From Methanosphaera stadtmanae DSM 3091 (GTDB taxonomy: Archaea > Methanobacteriota > Methanobacteria > Methanobacteriales > Methanobacteriaceae), in NCBI RefSeq assembly GCF_000012545.1, contig NC_007681.1, positions 330,001 to 362,000 of the forward strand: a stretch of DNA of 32,000 nt, given 5' to 3'. The notes beneath the pieces are model-generated. The model searched no databases. It saw nothing but the letters and a program-made list of their open reading frames with translations, and was not told the DNA's origin. Below are positions 1-10,296 of this stretch, piece after piece. Position 1 is the stretch's first letter. Every line of letters starts with the position of its first letter. The position numbers and the translations under genes were made by a program.

Positions 1-97
1 GGGAATTTATATCTGGATTAGGTGTCATATTTTTCATATTTGCATAACCATAAACTGTAACTTCCTCTTTACAAATCTTATCTATCATACTTATCAT
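1..97 (-). CDS. Partial ORF: the N-terminal 32 codons, continuing off the window start. Product unknown.
   Basis: The reverse strand reads ATG at 97..95, then MISMIDKICKEEVTVYGYANMKNMTPNPDINS with no stop before position 1. It is divergent from the XRE gene. Too short to identify. Confidence 0.3.
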   Translation of the reverse strand, partial: MISMIDKICKEEVTVYGYANMKNMTPNPDINS

Positions 98-285
98 TAT
101 AACAAAAACTTCCTATAATCTATTTTTTAGTATTTTTTATATATTATATTAGATAAATCTTATTAATAATGCAATATATTATATTAAAATAATATATATT
201 TTTTTAGTAGATAAAAAGCAATTTTCTAATAATCAATCAACTACAAGTTATGACTATAAATTTATAATTAGTGGAGGGTAATATA

Positions 286-858
286 ATGGATAATAACACT
301 ATTCAAAAAGAAATAGCAAGTCGTGTTAAAGACATGAGAGAAGTATGTGAAATTAGTGTACAAGAAATGTCTGAAAAGTTAGATGTTCCAGTTGAAACTT
401 ATACAAAATATGAATCTGGAGAAATAGATATTCCAGCCAGTATTCTTTATGAAGCCTCAATAATATTTAATGTAGATACAAGTTTATTATTAACAGGTGA
501 AGATACAAGAATGAGTGTTTTTACAGTAACACGTAAAGATAAAGGAGTAAGAGTTGATCGTAGAGAAGCATATGACTATGAAAACTTAGCTTCAAATTTT
601 ACACATAAGGCAATTGAGCCATTTATTGTTACAGTAACACCACGTAAAGATAACTATATGCCAGAACCAAACTATCATAAAGGATATGAATTTCTTTATG
701 TATTAGAAGGACAACTTAGAGTATATATTAAAGACAATACAATTGACTTAAATCCTGGAGATTCAATGTATTTTAATTCATTACATAAACATGCAATGAT
801 AGCATTAGGAGATAAAAAAGCTAAATTCCTAGATATACTAAATTATAAAGGTGAGTAG
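286..858 (+). CDS. XRE-family helix-turn-helix transcriptional regulator with a C-terminal cupin domain
   Basis: The N-terminal HTH-like segment is IASRVKDMREVCEISVQEMSEKLDVPVETYTKYESGE. The C-terminal cupin-like segment is HKGYEFLYVLEGQL..GDSMYF..HKH. The tracked ORF starts at GTG 271, but GGAGGG at 273-278 followed by ATG at 286 is the more likely start. Confidence 0.75.
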   Translation: MDNNTIQKEIASRVKDMREVCEISVQEMSEKLDVPVETYTKYESGEIDIPASILYEASIIFNVDTSLLLTGEDTRMSVFTVTRKDKGVRVDRREAYDYENLASNFTHKAIEPFIVTVTPRKDNYMPEPNYHKGYEFLYVLEGQLRVYIKDNTIDLNPGDSMYFNSLHKHAMIALGDKKAKFLDILNYKGE

Positions 859-863
859 ATTAA

Positions 864-2537
864 ATGACATCATTATTAAATAGATATGTTCCAAGAACAG
901 AATTTGATTCTTATGAAGATTTTAATGAGAATTTAAAAATAACAGTACCTGAAGATTTTAATTTTGCATATGATATTGTTGATGTATATGCAAAAGAACA
1001 ACCTGATAAAGTAGCACTATCATGGTGTGATGATAATCAAGAAAAAATATTCACATTCAGTAATTTAAAACAATTAAGTGATAAGGCTGCAAACTTCTTT
1101 AAATCATTAGGAGTTACAAAGGGTGATAGAGTATTATTAACACTTAAAAGTCGTTATGATTTTTGGTATTGTATGTTAGCATTACATAAATTAAAAGCAA
1201 TAGCAGTACCTGCAACACACATGTTAAAACCTGAAGATATTGAATATAGGATAGATGTTGCTGGAATTAAAACTGTTGTAACTATTCGTGAAGATGGTGT
1301 TCCAGAAAGCTATGCTGAAGTTGAAAAAACATTAGGTCTTAAGTTAAACAAAGTATTTGTTGGAACAGAAGATATGCCTGGATGGTATGATTTAAGAAAA
1401 GAAGTTAAAAAAGCTTCAGATAACTTTGAACGTCCAGTATATGATGATGATTCAGTTGAAGATACTTCTGTAATTTTCTTCTCATCAGGTTCAACAGGAC
1501 AACCAAAAATGATTAAACACAGTTTTGGATATCCATTAGCACATATTGTAACTTCCAATTACTGGCATCAGGTGGTGGATAATGGATTACATTACACCAT
1601 AGCAGATACTGGTTGGGGAAAAGCATTATGGGGTGAAATATATGGTCCATGGATTTCAGGTTCAGGAATATATATCTATGATTATGATAGATTCCACCCA
1701 TATGAAGTTTTATCTAAGGCATTAGAACATAAAATCACGACATTATGTTGTCCACCAACAATGTACAGGTTCTTTATAAAAGAAGATATTGATAACTTGG
1801 ACTTTTCTTCATTACAACATGCAACAACTGCTGGTGAACCATTAAATGATGAAGTATTCTATAAATTTAAGGAATTAACAGGTCTATCTATACGTGAAGC
1901 ATTTGGTCAAACAGAAACAGTAGCTACTATTGCAAACTTCCCATGGGTTGATATTAAATTAGGTTCAATGGGTAAACCTGCACCATTGTTCAATATTAAA
2001 TTGTTAAATACTGATGGATGTGAATGTGATGTTGGTGAAGAAGGTGAAATAGTATTTGATATTTCTGAAGGTTATCCATTAGGATTATTTAAAGGATACT
2101 ATAATAACCAAGAAAAGACTGATGAAACAATATATGATGGATATTATCATACAGGGGATTCTGCATGGATTGATGAAGATGGATATTACTGGTATAAAGG
2201 TAGAATTGATGATGTAATTAAAAGTTCTGGATATAAGATAGGTCCATATGAAGTTGAAAGTGCATTACTATCACATAGTGCAGTATTAGACTGTGCAGTA
2301 ACTGGTATACCTCATCCTATAAGAGGACAAATTGTTAAGGCAACAATTGTTTTAGATAAGGGTTATCAACCATCTCAGGAGTTAACAAAAGATATTCAAA
2401 ATCATGTAAAACATGTTACAGCACCATATAAATATCCTCGTGCAATTGAATATGTTGATGAACTTCCAAAAACAATTAGTGGTAAAATAATGAGGAAAAA
2501 AATCAGACTTGAAGATGAAGAAAAATTCAAGAAATAA
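864..2537 (+). CDS. AMP-forming acyl-CoA synthetase (medium-chain acyl-CoA ligase-like, ANL superfamily)
   Basis: The AMP-binding motif is [12 protein letters not shown]. Further motifs are [17 protein letters not shown] and the C-terminal [14 protein letters not shown]. Length is 557 aa. The start lies 5 nt after the XRE stop, behind AGGTGA. Confidence 0.85.
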   Translation: MTSLLNRYVPRTEFDSYEDFNENLKITVPEDFNFAYDIVDVYAKEQPDKVALSWCDDNQEKIFTFSNLKQLSDKAANFFKSLGVTKGDRVLLTLKSRYDFWYCMLALHKLKAIAVPATHMLKPEDIEYRIDVAGIKTVVTIREDGVPESYAEVEKTLGLKLNKVFVGTEDMPGWYDLRKEVKKASDNFERPVYDDDSVEDTSVIFFSSGSTGQPKMIKHSFGYPLAHIVTSNYWHQVVDNGLHYTIADTGWGKALWGEIYGPWISGSGIYIYDYDRFHPYEVLSKALEHKITTLCCPPTMYRFFIKEDIDNLDFSSLQHATTAGEPLNDEVFYKFKELTGLSIREAFGQTETVATIANFPWVDIKLGSMGKPAPLFNIKLLNTDGCECDVGEEGEIVFDISEGYPLGLFKGYYNNQEKTDETIYDGYYHTGDSAWIDEDGYYWYKGRIDDVIKSSGYKIGPYEVESALLSHSAVLDCAVTGIPHPIRGQIVKATIVLDKGYQPSQELTKDIQNHVKHVTAPYKYPRAIEYVDELPKTISGKIMRKKIRLEDEEKFKK

Positions 2538-2552
2538 ATTTCCTCATCATAC

Positions 2553-2560
2553 TTTTTTTT
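2553..2560 (+). terminator. Oligo-T tract (T8), a candidate archaeal terminator after the acyl-CoA synthetase
   Basis: T8 begins 16 nt after the stop codon. Archaeal RNA polymerase terminates at oligo-dT runs. Confidence 0.45.
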
Positions 2561-2903
2561 CAATTAATATTTCTTATTTTATTTTAATAAATTACTAAAT
2601 TATATTACTAGTTGCTAACAAAACTGTTTATTTTTTTTAATAAGAATTTTGTTTATCTAATAGGTATTTTAAAAAATAGAGGTATTATAATAAAATACAT
2701 GTCTTTTAAAAAAAAGAACTATAATTCATAATTTTAATCCTATTATTTTTTTTTAATTATAATTGAAATTAAACAAAATACTTATTTTTTTATGATAGTA
2801 TTAATAATTTTATTTTAATTGTTATGTTATTATTTCGAAATAAATGAAACCTATTTGAAAAATAATGGACTTGTATAAAAAAAGATTATTTTAAGAGGGG
2901 AGG

Positions 2904-2911
2904 AAAAAAAA
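2904..2911 (-). terminator. Oligo-T tract (T8 on the minus strand), a candidate terminator of the gatB / CBS-ParB / hisE unit
   Basis: An A8 run on the plus strand sits immediately downstream (in the minus sense) of the hisE stop at 2915. Confidence 0.45.
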
Positions 2912-2914
2912 TAA

Positions 2915-3202
2915 TTAGTTATGTCTACTTATTAATTCATCAAAGACATCATCTAAAGGTATACCTTTGTATGCTAAATTAAGTATTGTAAAGAATATTA
3001 AATCTGCAGATTCATGTACAAGATCTTCATTATTTTTTGAAGCTAAAATAACTTCAGTAGCCTCTTCTCCTAATTTTTCAAGAATTTTATCTTCAGCTTT
3101 TTTATCAGAATCTTGCATTAATTTTGAAGTATAAGAATCTATAGGATTATTTTTTCTATCAACTAATGTATCATAAACTTCTCTTATTATTTCATCTTTC
3201 AT
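2915..3202 (-). CDS. hisE: Phosphoribosyl-ATP pyrophosphohydrolase (HisE)
   Basis: This is a 95-aa MazG-like all-alpha protein with [14 protein letters not shown] and [13 protein letters not shown] motifs. A GAGG RBS overlaps the upstream stop. Confidence 0.8.
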   Translation of the reverse strand: MKDEIIREVYDTLVDRKNNPIDSYTSKLMQDSDKKAEDKILEKLGEEATEVILASKNNEDLVHESADLIFFTILNLAYKGIPLDDVFDELISRHN

Positions 3203-3209
3203 ATTATCC

Positions 3210-4016
3210 TCACTTCTTTATTGTTGTATTTTTATCTCTTAAACTACCAGTTATTGCAATCAATGGATGTTGTGCATCAGCAATTATTTCAATATCTTTC
3301 AAACTATGAATACCATTCTTTTCAGCAGTTTTTTCAATTCCTAACTTGATATTCTTACTTAATGAAATAACATATGCTGTAATTTTATCATTACCCATCT
3401 TATATGATGCAACTAATCTATGATGTCCATCAACAACTAAATATTTATGTTCATTTATTTTCACAACTATAATAGGTTCAGCTAAACCCCTTTCTATTTC
3501 ATAAGTTCTTCCCTCTAATTCATCAGCATAAACCTTATCTTGTGTAGGTTTTAAATTAACAATATCCACTTTTTCTTTATCAAGTGTTGTTTTAATACCA
3601 TATAGTTGTTCAAGAGTTTTTCTAAATTGATTTACTTTTTCTGGTGTAGATCTTTCTATATGTGAACGTAAAATATCAGTATTGGTTATGATTCCAAGAA
3701 CTTTCTTATTTTCATCAGTTACTGGAAGTCTTGATATTCCAAGGCGGAACATAACTCTTGCAGCATCATTAATAGATAGTTCTTCATTGGCTATAACAAT
3801 ATCCTTTGACATCATACCTTCAACAGTTGGACTTATATCTTTAATAAGAAGATCAGATGCTGTGATTATGCCAACAATTTCATCATTGTCTTCTACTGGA
3901 AATCCATCATGTCCTGTTTTTTTAATAATCTCTTTAATTTCTTTTATGGGCATGTTGGAATTTACTGTAATGACGTTTCGTGTCATGTAATCTTTAACTT
4001 TTTTATAATCACTCAT
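3210..4016 (-). CDS. CBS-domain pair fused to a ParB/Srx-like (ParB-like nuclease) domain; function unknown
   Basis: Two CBS repeats are present ([29 protein letters not shown] and [31 protein letters not shown]). They are followed by LKPTQD...[10 protein letters not shown], typical of ParB/sulfiredoxin-fold domains. The tracked ORF starts at 4031, but GGAGTG precedes the second ATG at 4016. Confidence 0.7.
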   Translation of the reverse strand: MSDYKKVKDYMTRNVITVNSNMPIKEIKEIIKKTGHDGFPVEDNDEIVGIITASDLLIKDISPTVEGMMSKDIVIANEELSINDAARVMFRLGISRLPVTDENKKVLGIITNTDILRSHIERSTPEKVNQFRKTLEQLYGIKTTLDKEKVDIVNLKPTQDKVYADELEGRTYEIERGLAEPIIVVKINEHKYLVVDGHHRLVASYKMGNDKITAYVISLSKNIKLGIEKTAEKNGIHSLKDIEIIADAQHPLIAITGSLRDKNTTIKK

Positions 4017-4057
4017 CTTTATCCACTCCATTTAATAGAAAAAATTAAGAAAAAAAA

Positions 4058-5416
4058 TCATAACTGATCTAATTTTTCTTTAATCATCTTATTAGTTTCA
4101 CCAGCATTTGCTTTTCCACGAGTTAATCTCATTACTTGACCAACAAGGAAGTTTACAGCATTATCTTTACCATTTTTATAATCTTCCACTGCATTAGGAT
4201 TTTCCTCTATTGCTTGATTAATAGCATTTACTATAGCATCATCTTCAACAACACCAATAATATCCATTTCATTACCAATTTCTGTTGGTGTTTTATCATT
4301 ACCAGGCATTTGTTCTATGAGTTTGTGTGCAGCTTCTGGTGTTACTTGTTTAGATTCTATTAAATTAATTAATTCAACGATATCTGAAGGTGTTATTTTA
4401 CTTTCTGCATATTGTATTTTATTGTAGTGTAATACTCTTTTTAATTCATCTCTCATTAATCTTGCAGCAACATTAGCGTCAACTTCTTTACATACTTCTT
4501 CAAATGCATCAGCTAATTCTAGTTCTGAAGTTAATACTTTTGCATCTTTCTTGTCAATACCATACTCTTCAACGAATCTTTCAGTTTTTAAGTGAGCAGG
4601 TTCAGGCATATTTTGTCTAATTTCTTCAACATGTGCAGGATCAATTTTTAATGGAGGAAGATCTGGATCTGGTATGTATCTGTAATCATCAGCATCTTCT
4701 TTTAATCTCATAGGTACTGTAATCATTTGAGATTCAAGATAAGCACGAGTTTCTTGTTGTACTTCTCCACCTCTACGAAGAATATTTTTTTGTCTTATTA
4801 ATTCAAATTTAAGTACTTTATAGGCTCCACGTATAGAGTTAACATTTTTAACTTCTGCTCTTTTTCCACCTTCAATTGAAATGTTAACGTCAGCTCTCAT
4901 TGTACCTTCACCACGTGCACTACCACTGTAGTTTAGTACACGAATTAATTCATTTAAGAAGTTTCTTGCTTCTTCTGGTGATTTCATATCAGGTTCTGTT
5001 ACAATCTCAATAAGAGGTATACCTGATCTATTAAAGTCAACAGTACCTCTGTCAGGTTTATATTGTCCTGGATCTTCTTCAACGTGTATTTCATGTATTC
5101 TTACACCATTTAGTTCTCCTTTTATTCCTACTGGAACTGATGTTCTTTGATATCCACTAGATAAATCAGGATAATCATAGTGTTTTCTCATAAAGTAAAT
5201 AACTTCATTAGAAATTTCACACCCAAGCATCAATGCTACTTTTATAGCATTATCAAGTGCTGCCTGGTTTGGTGGATATGGTTTTGCACCAGGTTGATTT
5301 AAACATACTGGACATATATTTGTGTTGTTTGGTGCAGATTGATAGTTTGTAGGGCAACTACAAAATAGTTTTGAGTTTGTATTTAATTGTACGTGGATTT
5401 CAAGTCCACACATCAT
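4058..5416 (-). CDS. gatB: Aspartyl/glutamyl-tRNA(Asn/Gln) amidotransferase subunit B (GatB)
   Basis: The N-terminus MMCGLEIHVQLNTNSKLFCSCPT is characteristic of GatB, together with EEDPGQ, LIEIVTEPD and the C-terminal VNFLVGQVMRLTRGKAN (YqeY-like tail). Confidence 0.9.
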   Translation of the reverse strand: MMCGLEIHVQLNTNSKLFCSCPTNYQSAPNNTNICPVCLNQPGAKPYPPNQAALDNAIKVALMLGCEISNEVIYFMRKHYDYPDLSSGYQRTSVPVGIKGELNGVRIHEIHVEEDPGQYKPDRGTVDFNRSGIPLIEIVTEPDMKSPEEARNFLNELIRVLNYSGSARGEGTMRADVNISIEGGKRAEVKNVNSIRGAYKVLKFELIRQKNILRRGGEVQQETRAYLESQMITVPMRLKEDADDYRYIPDPDLPPLKIDPAHVEEIRQNMPEPAHLKTERFVEEYGIDKKDAKVLTSELELADAFEEVCKEVDANVAARLMRDELKRVLHYNKIQYAESKITPSDIVELINLIESKQVTPEAAHKLIEQMPGNDKTPTEIGNEMDIIGVVEDDAIVNAINQAIEENPNAVEDYKNGKDNAVNFLVGQVMRLTRGKANAGETNKMIKEKLDQL

Positions 5417-5640
5417 ATCTGTAATAATGATTCCTCCAACTTTAAATAATCTTTTATGTAATTAAGTTAATATTTTGTTTTTTATAAAATACTAGTAAAT
5501 ATTATATAATTATATTTATATCTATTAATTTAAATTTTTATGTTATTTATTTATAATAATATATTAATATAGTGTTTTTAGTATTGAATATAGTCAATAT
5601 TAGTTACTTGAAATATATTTTTTAATTATAAGTTTCTGTG

Positions 5641-6651
5641 TTATATTTTTTTAATATCTAAGTTTTCATAACACATATCAATATATCTTTGTATAAATGG
5701 ATCAAGTTCAGGTCGTAGATTATCACCTTGTGTTAATAGATCCATATTAGAAAAGCTTCCAATAAGATTACGATTTGACCAGTATACTTCTTCTTCAACA
5801 CGCTTACCAAAACGATTTCCATACATTTTAAATAATGGGAATTTTGTTAATCCATTACTTCCAGCCTTTAGAAGTACTCCTATATTTGCAAGGTTATCTG
5901 TCCATGTTCCAGTAATTATTTCTATATGTGGGAATCTAATTCTTATACTAGCAACGATACTAGCATAGTATAATGATGCAGGTTGTGGTGTTAAATGGTA
6001 TGTGGTATCTGGATGTGGATTTAGGGAATAGAATATAATACGATCAATATCTAATTCTTCTATTAAATTAAATAAATCATTTAGATGATCGATTTCTTCT
6101 CCAAGGCCAATGATAATAGTTATTGCTTTTTTATATCCAAGATTATCTGCTTGTATTAGCATGTTTTTAATATCTGTAATTGATTTACTTGGACATATTT
6201 CATTGTGAAATTTGGGATTTGCAGTTTCAACAGCTCCTGTTACTCCTATAATTTCTTCGCCATATGCATCTAATTCATCAGTTATACCTATATTTAACCA
6301 TACAGGTTTGTCTGTAATGTAGTATATGTTTTCTGAGATTTCTCTTATTTCATCAGTAGAATATACTCCATATCCTCCAGATAAAAATTCAATATTCCAT
6401 CCCATTCTCTTTGTAAGTTCTGCTTCAGCATATATTCCCTTCACATGTCTACGTGCTTTATCTGGATTTTGAATTCTGTCTTTTTGTGATGACATATAAC
6501 AGAATTTACAATCTCCTTTTTCGCACCACCATGATAAGAAAAGAGCTCTTTCAAGACTTACATCTTTTCCATGAATTTTTTCTGTTATTTTGTTAGCTTC
6601 GATAAGTAGGTCAAATACTTCTTTATTTTTTATTTTTTCAATAACATCCAT
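5641..6651 (-). CDS. Radical SAM protein, biotin-synthase (BioB/HydE)-like, with an atypical CX4CX2C cluster motif
   Basis: The sequence LSWWCEKGDCKFCYMS was verified at DNA level (TGC GAA AAA GGA GAT TGT AAA TTC TGT). The BioB-like layout has an N-terminal helical segment before the motif and a TIM-barrel-length body of 336 aa. Confidence 0.6.
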   Translation of the reverse strand: MDVIEKIKNKEVFDLLIEANKITEKIHGKDVSLERALFLSWWCEKGDCKFCYMSSQKDRIQNPDKARRHVKGIYAEAELTKRMGWNIEFLSGGYGVYSTDEIREISENIYYITDKPVWLNIGITDELDAYGEEIIGVTGAVETANPKFHNEICPSKSITDIKNMLIQADNLGYKKAITIIIGLGEEIDHLNDLFNLIEELDIDRIIFYSLNPHPDTTYHLTPQPASLYYASIVASIRIRFPHIEIITGTWTDNLANIGVLLKAGSNGLTKFPLFKMYGNRFGKRVEEEVYWSNRNLIGSFSNMDLLTQGDNLRPELDPFIQRYIDMCYENLDIKKI

Positions 6652-6913
6652 TTATTATAAATCTCCTTAGATTAATAACATATCCTATTATGTAGTTTAT
6701 TTTTCATTAATTATAAATATCTCTATGAGAATTTTTTTACTGTAATATTTATTTCTGATCCAGTATAAAGTAGGTATTTAAGATGTTTTTCGTTTTTTAC
6801 ACTATTTTTTTGCTATTAAAAAACATAACCGTAACGTTTATATAGTATGAAAACAAACATTATATTGTGCCTTGAAAACTAATAATAACTTATTTTTATA
6901 GTTGATAGGTAAG

Positions 6914-6921
6914 TTTATATA
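6914..6921 (+). promoter_or_regulatory. Candidate TATA box (TTTATATA) for the tRNA cluster
   Basis: This matches the methanogen TATA consensus and lies about 45 nt upstream of the mature tRNA-Asn 5' end. A second TTTATATA occurs at 6838-6845. AT-rich context makes the call weak. Confidence 0.3.
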
Positions 6922-6964
6922 TACGTAGTTATAAATAAACTATTGTAAGATGAATTTGTCATGT

Positions 6965-7037
<73 letters not shown>

Positions 7038-7050
7038 CTATAATTCTTTT

Positions 7051-7127
<77 letters not shown>

Positions 7128-7143
7128 TACAATTATAAATTTT

Positions 7144-7218
7144 GCTCCGATAGTGTAGTCCGGCCAATCATTTCGGCCTTTCGAGCCGAAGACTCGGGTT
7201 CGAATCCCGGTCGGAGCA
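7144..7218 (+). tRNA. tRNA-Glu (anticodon TTC), copy 1
   Basis: Acceptor GCTCCGA/TCGGAGC, anticodon loop CTTTCGA, T arm TCGGG-TTCGAAT-CCCGG. Length is 75 nt. Confidence 0.9.
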
Positions 7219-7322
7219 TTTTCTAGAACCTTTCTTATTTATAATTTGGTATGATTTTAGATTCTAGAACACTTTAAGCGAAACATTCCTAAATAAAGTT
7301 TGCGGATACAAGTATTTTATAT

Positions 7323-7406
<84 letters not shown>

Positions 7407-7441
7407 CTTTAGATAAGGGATTTCGTAATGGGTTTTTAAAT

Positions 7442-7516
7442 GCCGGGGTAGGATAGTGGTTATTCTTCGGGACTGTGGATCCCGTGACTCGGGTTCGATT
7501 CTCGGCCCCGGCCCCA
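7442..7516 (+). tRNA. tRNA-His (anticodon GTG), with genomically encoded 3' CCA
   Basis: Acceptor GCCGGGG/CCCCGGC, anticodon arm CGGGA-CTGTGGA-TCCCG, T arm TCGGG-TTCGATT-CTCGG, discriminator C followed by CCA. The base at -1 is T. The D-arm fold is slightly irregular in my hand fold. Confidence 0.85.
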
Positions 7517-7563
7517 TTTAAAAAAATATGAGTTTATATTTATTATATAAATTTAAGTTAGTT

Positions 7564-7638
7564 GCTCCGATAGTGTAGTCCGGCCAATCATTTCGGCCTT
7601 TCGAGCCGAAGACTCGGGTTCGAATCCCGGTCGGAGCA
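7564..7638 (+). tRNA. tRNA-Glu (anticodon TTC), copy 2, identical to copy 1
   Basis: This is a 75/75 identical repeat of 7144-7218. Identity extends over 7142-7221 versus 7562-7641 (80 bp). Confidence 0.9.
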
Positions 7639-7726
7639 TTTAATTTATGTTACTTGTTTTAGATTTATTTTTAAAATTATTGATTTTTAATAAAAGTTAT
7701 ATTTATATTATTGTATTATCTAATTG

Positions 7727-7735
7727 AAAAAAAAA
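7727..7735 (-). terminator. Oligo-T tract (T9 on the minus strand) downstream of comE
   Basis: An A9 run on the plus strand lies 17 nt beyond the comE stop (7752) in the direction of transcription. Confidence 0.45.
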
Positions 7736-7751
7736 GAGTTATTGGTGGAGG

Positions 7752-8330
7752 TTAATTTTCTTTGTTAATTGATTCCATAAATCTATTTTTTATTTGAGAT
7801 GGCGTTTTATCAATAATTGGTGCTTTTGTATTTCCAGGTTTTACTTTAATGTGTAAAAATACAGGTTCTTTTTTATCTAAATATTGCTTTATATCTATAT
7901 TATCCACACTATTTCTAGCATCAACATAGTAAACTTCATTATATCCAATACTCTTTGCAATATTTGATAGATTTACCTTTGAAGTATAAGTTTCTTGTGA
8001 GCCAGTTGAACCATATGCTTCATTATCAATAAGAGCAATTATAAGATTACTTGGATTTTGTGCATAAACTGTAATAAGTTCACCAAAATTCATTAATAAA
8101 GATCCATCACCATCAATAACAATAACTTTTCTATCATCTGATTTTTCCTCAAGAGCAAGGGACAAACCTAATGCAATAGGTGTAGCCATACCCATTGAAC
8201 CAGACATATAAAAATTATTATTTCTATCCTTTATTCCATATAATTCACGTGATGGAAATCCAATATTTGAAATAACTAGTTCATCATCTAAGTCAGTGAT
8301 AATCTTCTTAATAGCATCATATCTTTTCAT
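7752..8330 (-). CDS. comE: Sulfopyruvate decarboxylase beta subunit (ComE), ThDP-binding
   Basis: [10 protein letters not shown]...[12 protein letters not shown]...[23 protein letters not shown] (ThDP GDG motif). The tracked ORF starts at 8375, but the ATG at 8330 gives the family-typical N-terminus and a 14-nt overlap with comD. Confidence 0.8.
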   Translation of the reverse strand: MKRYDAIKKIITDLDDELVISNIGFPSRELYGIKDRNNNFYMSGSMGMATPIALGLSLALEEKSDDRKVIVIDGDGSLLMNFGELITVYAQNPSNLIIALIDNEAYGSTGSQETYTSKVNLSNIAKSIGYNEVYYVDARNSVDNIDIKQYLDKKEPVFLHIKVKPGNTKAPIIDKTPSQIKNRFMESINKEN

Positions 8331-8835
8331 TATCAACACCTCTTCTCCAATAACTAATATCAAATAATAATGCAATAGGTTCTTCTGATATTAAAGATAG
8401 ATTCCAACTTTTATTAATAATTTCTCTACTTTCACTAGGATAATCAACTTTATAATATCTAATATCTAAACTATCTAACACTTTGGTTGTAGCTTTACTC
8501 ATTGGTATCTGGCCATATACAGCCTCACCAAGACTACCTCTATGACTAATAATCATTAAAATAGGAAAATTATATAATTTCATAAGGGAAGCTAAAACAT
8601 TAACACTGTTACCTAATCCAGAATTTTGCATTAAAATAGCAGGTTTTAATCCACCCATATATGCACCAGCACATATTCCAAAACCTTCCTCTTCACGTGT
8701 AACAGGTACATGTTTTATTGTATCATCTTTATCAATTAATTCCAATAACTTCTTTAAATTAGCACATGGAACACTTACTATGAAGTTAATTCCGGCGTCT
8801 TTAATTCCATTATAAATAACATCTGTACTATCCAA
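8317..8835 (-). CDS. comD: Sulfopyruvate decarboxylase alpha subunit (ComD)
   Basis: A ThDP-enzyme N-terminal (pyrimidine-binding) domain is present: [47 protein letters not shown]. It sits immediately upstream of and overlaps comE. Confidence 0.8.
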   Translation of the reverse strand: MDSTDVIYNGIKDAGINFIVSVPCANLKKLLELIDKDDTIKHVPVTREEEGFGICAGAYMGGLKPAILMQNSGLGNSVNVLASLMKLYNFPILMIISHRGSLGEAVYGQIPMSKATTKVLDSLDIRYYKVDYPSESREIINKSWNLSLISEEPIALLFDISYWRRGVDNEKI

Positions 8836-9237
8836 AAATAATCACTTCTCTAAAAATTTGTAATAATAAAATTATGTTCTCATATTTATATTTTTAATTA
8901 ATTAAATAAAAAATATTTTTCTATGAATTTAAATCATATTCATAAGGAAAAACTATATATAACAAAGTATGTTAATAGTTTGAGTCACAATTTTTATAGA
9001 ATAAATACAATCTAAACTACAAATAATCAGGAAATAGGACTACAAAACACTAAAACACAAGAAATGATTACAGCTTATATAATAAAATATAATTGAAATA
9101 AAACAAGAAGAAAAAGAAGTAATGGGTTAACTTTAAACAGAAAAAATAATAATAAAAACAATTATCTAGTCAAAGAAATAATATTTATTGGTTATGACTA
9201 ACTATAATTGTTGTATATTCTATTTTAAGGAAAAAAT

Positions 9238-10269
9238 CTATTCCTCAAAGTATGCTGTAATATCTAATTCTTTTTTATTTGCAATTTCTGTTAATTGTTC
9301 ATATAAAGCTTCATCAACAGGTATTCCATTTGCATGATGTTCATTAATCATGGCAATTTCACGGTCACCTGGAATAACTCCATTTTCTTCTCTAATTTCA
9401 CGAACAAATTGATCAACATAGAATTTGAATTGCATAGAACCAGCAAAGTGTTCAGGATCTATTACTATTAATAAATCTCCTTTAGTACACATTACATCTG
9501 GTGTTGCTGTACCTTCAACTTTATCACCACAAGCAGCACTTACAAGAGGTCCTGCTAATAATTCAAACATAAATGCTAAAGCATATCCTTTAAATCCACC
9601 AAATGGTAATATTGATCCTTCAAGTCCTGCTTGAGGATCTGTTGTTGGATTTCCATCTTTATCTAATGCTAAACCTTCAGGAATTTCTTCATTTTTTCTT
9701 TTAGCTTCTAAAAGTTTTCCTCTAGCAGTAATACTTGTAGCCATATCTACACAAATATAATTATGAATATCATCTGTAGGAATACTTATTGTAATTGGAT
9801 TAGTTCCAAGTAATGCTTTTTTACCACCAAAAGGTGCCATAGCAGGTTCAGTATTTGATATAACAATACCAATCATATCTTGGAGTGATGCTAAATCAGA
9901 ATAATATCCAGCAATTCCATAGTGATTACTATCATGTATACCTACAATTCCAATACCAGTTTCACTTGCTTTTTTAACAGCTAAATCCATAGCTTTTACT
10001 GTTACATAATGACCAAATTTATGATTTCCATTTATCATTGCAGAAGAAGCTGATTCTTTTTCTATTTCATAATCTCCTTCAATTTTAATAGTACCTGCTT
10101 CTATACTTTTTATGTATTGTGGAAATCTTCCAAGTCCATGTGTTGAAAATCCTTTAAGATCACCATCAGTTATAACATCAGCAACAATTGAAGCTTCCTT
10201 ATGTACAACGCCATATGCTTCTAAAATTTCTTCAATTAATTTAGTTTCATTTTCTATGCTAATTTTCAT
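9238..10269 (-). CDS. comC: Sulfolactate/malate dehydrogenase of the Ldh_2 family (ComC-like)
   Basis: Ldh_2-family motifs are present: GFSTHGLGRFPQY, HDSNHYGIAGYY, LGTNPI, PFGGFKGYALA. It is adjacent to comDE. The alternative MdhII function cannot be excluded from sequence alone. Confidence 0.7.
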   Translation of the reverse strand: MKISIENETKLIEEILEAYGVVHKEASIVADVITDGDLKGFSTHGLGRFPQYIKSIEAGTIKIEGDYEIEKESASSAMINGNHKFGHYVTVKAMDLAVKKASETGIGIVGIHDSNHYGIAGYYSDLASLQDMIGIVISNTEPAMAPFGGKKALLGTNPITISIPTDDIHNYICVDMATSITARGKLLEAKRKNEEIPEGLALDKDGNPTTDPQAGLEGSILPFGGFKGYALAFMFELLAGPLVSAACGDKVEGTATPDVMCTKGDLLIVIDPEHFAGSMQFKFYVDQFVREIREENGVIPGDREIAMINEHHANGIPVDEALYEQLTEIANKKELDITAYFEE

Positions 10270-10296
10270 GAATGTATCTCCTCGATATTAAATGTT

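Noticed and set aside
8836-9237. A 402-bp A-rich spacer between comD and comC, containing the inverted repeat TAGTCA-N24-TGACTA (about 9166-9205), as a possible regulatory element or sRNA
   Set aside because: The arms are short and no GC-rich structured core is present. A 6-bp inverted repeat is expected by chance in AT-rich DNA of this length. It most likely holds just the comDE promoter and the comC terminator.
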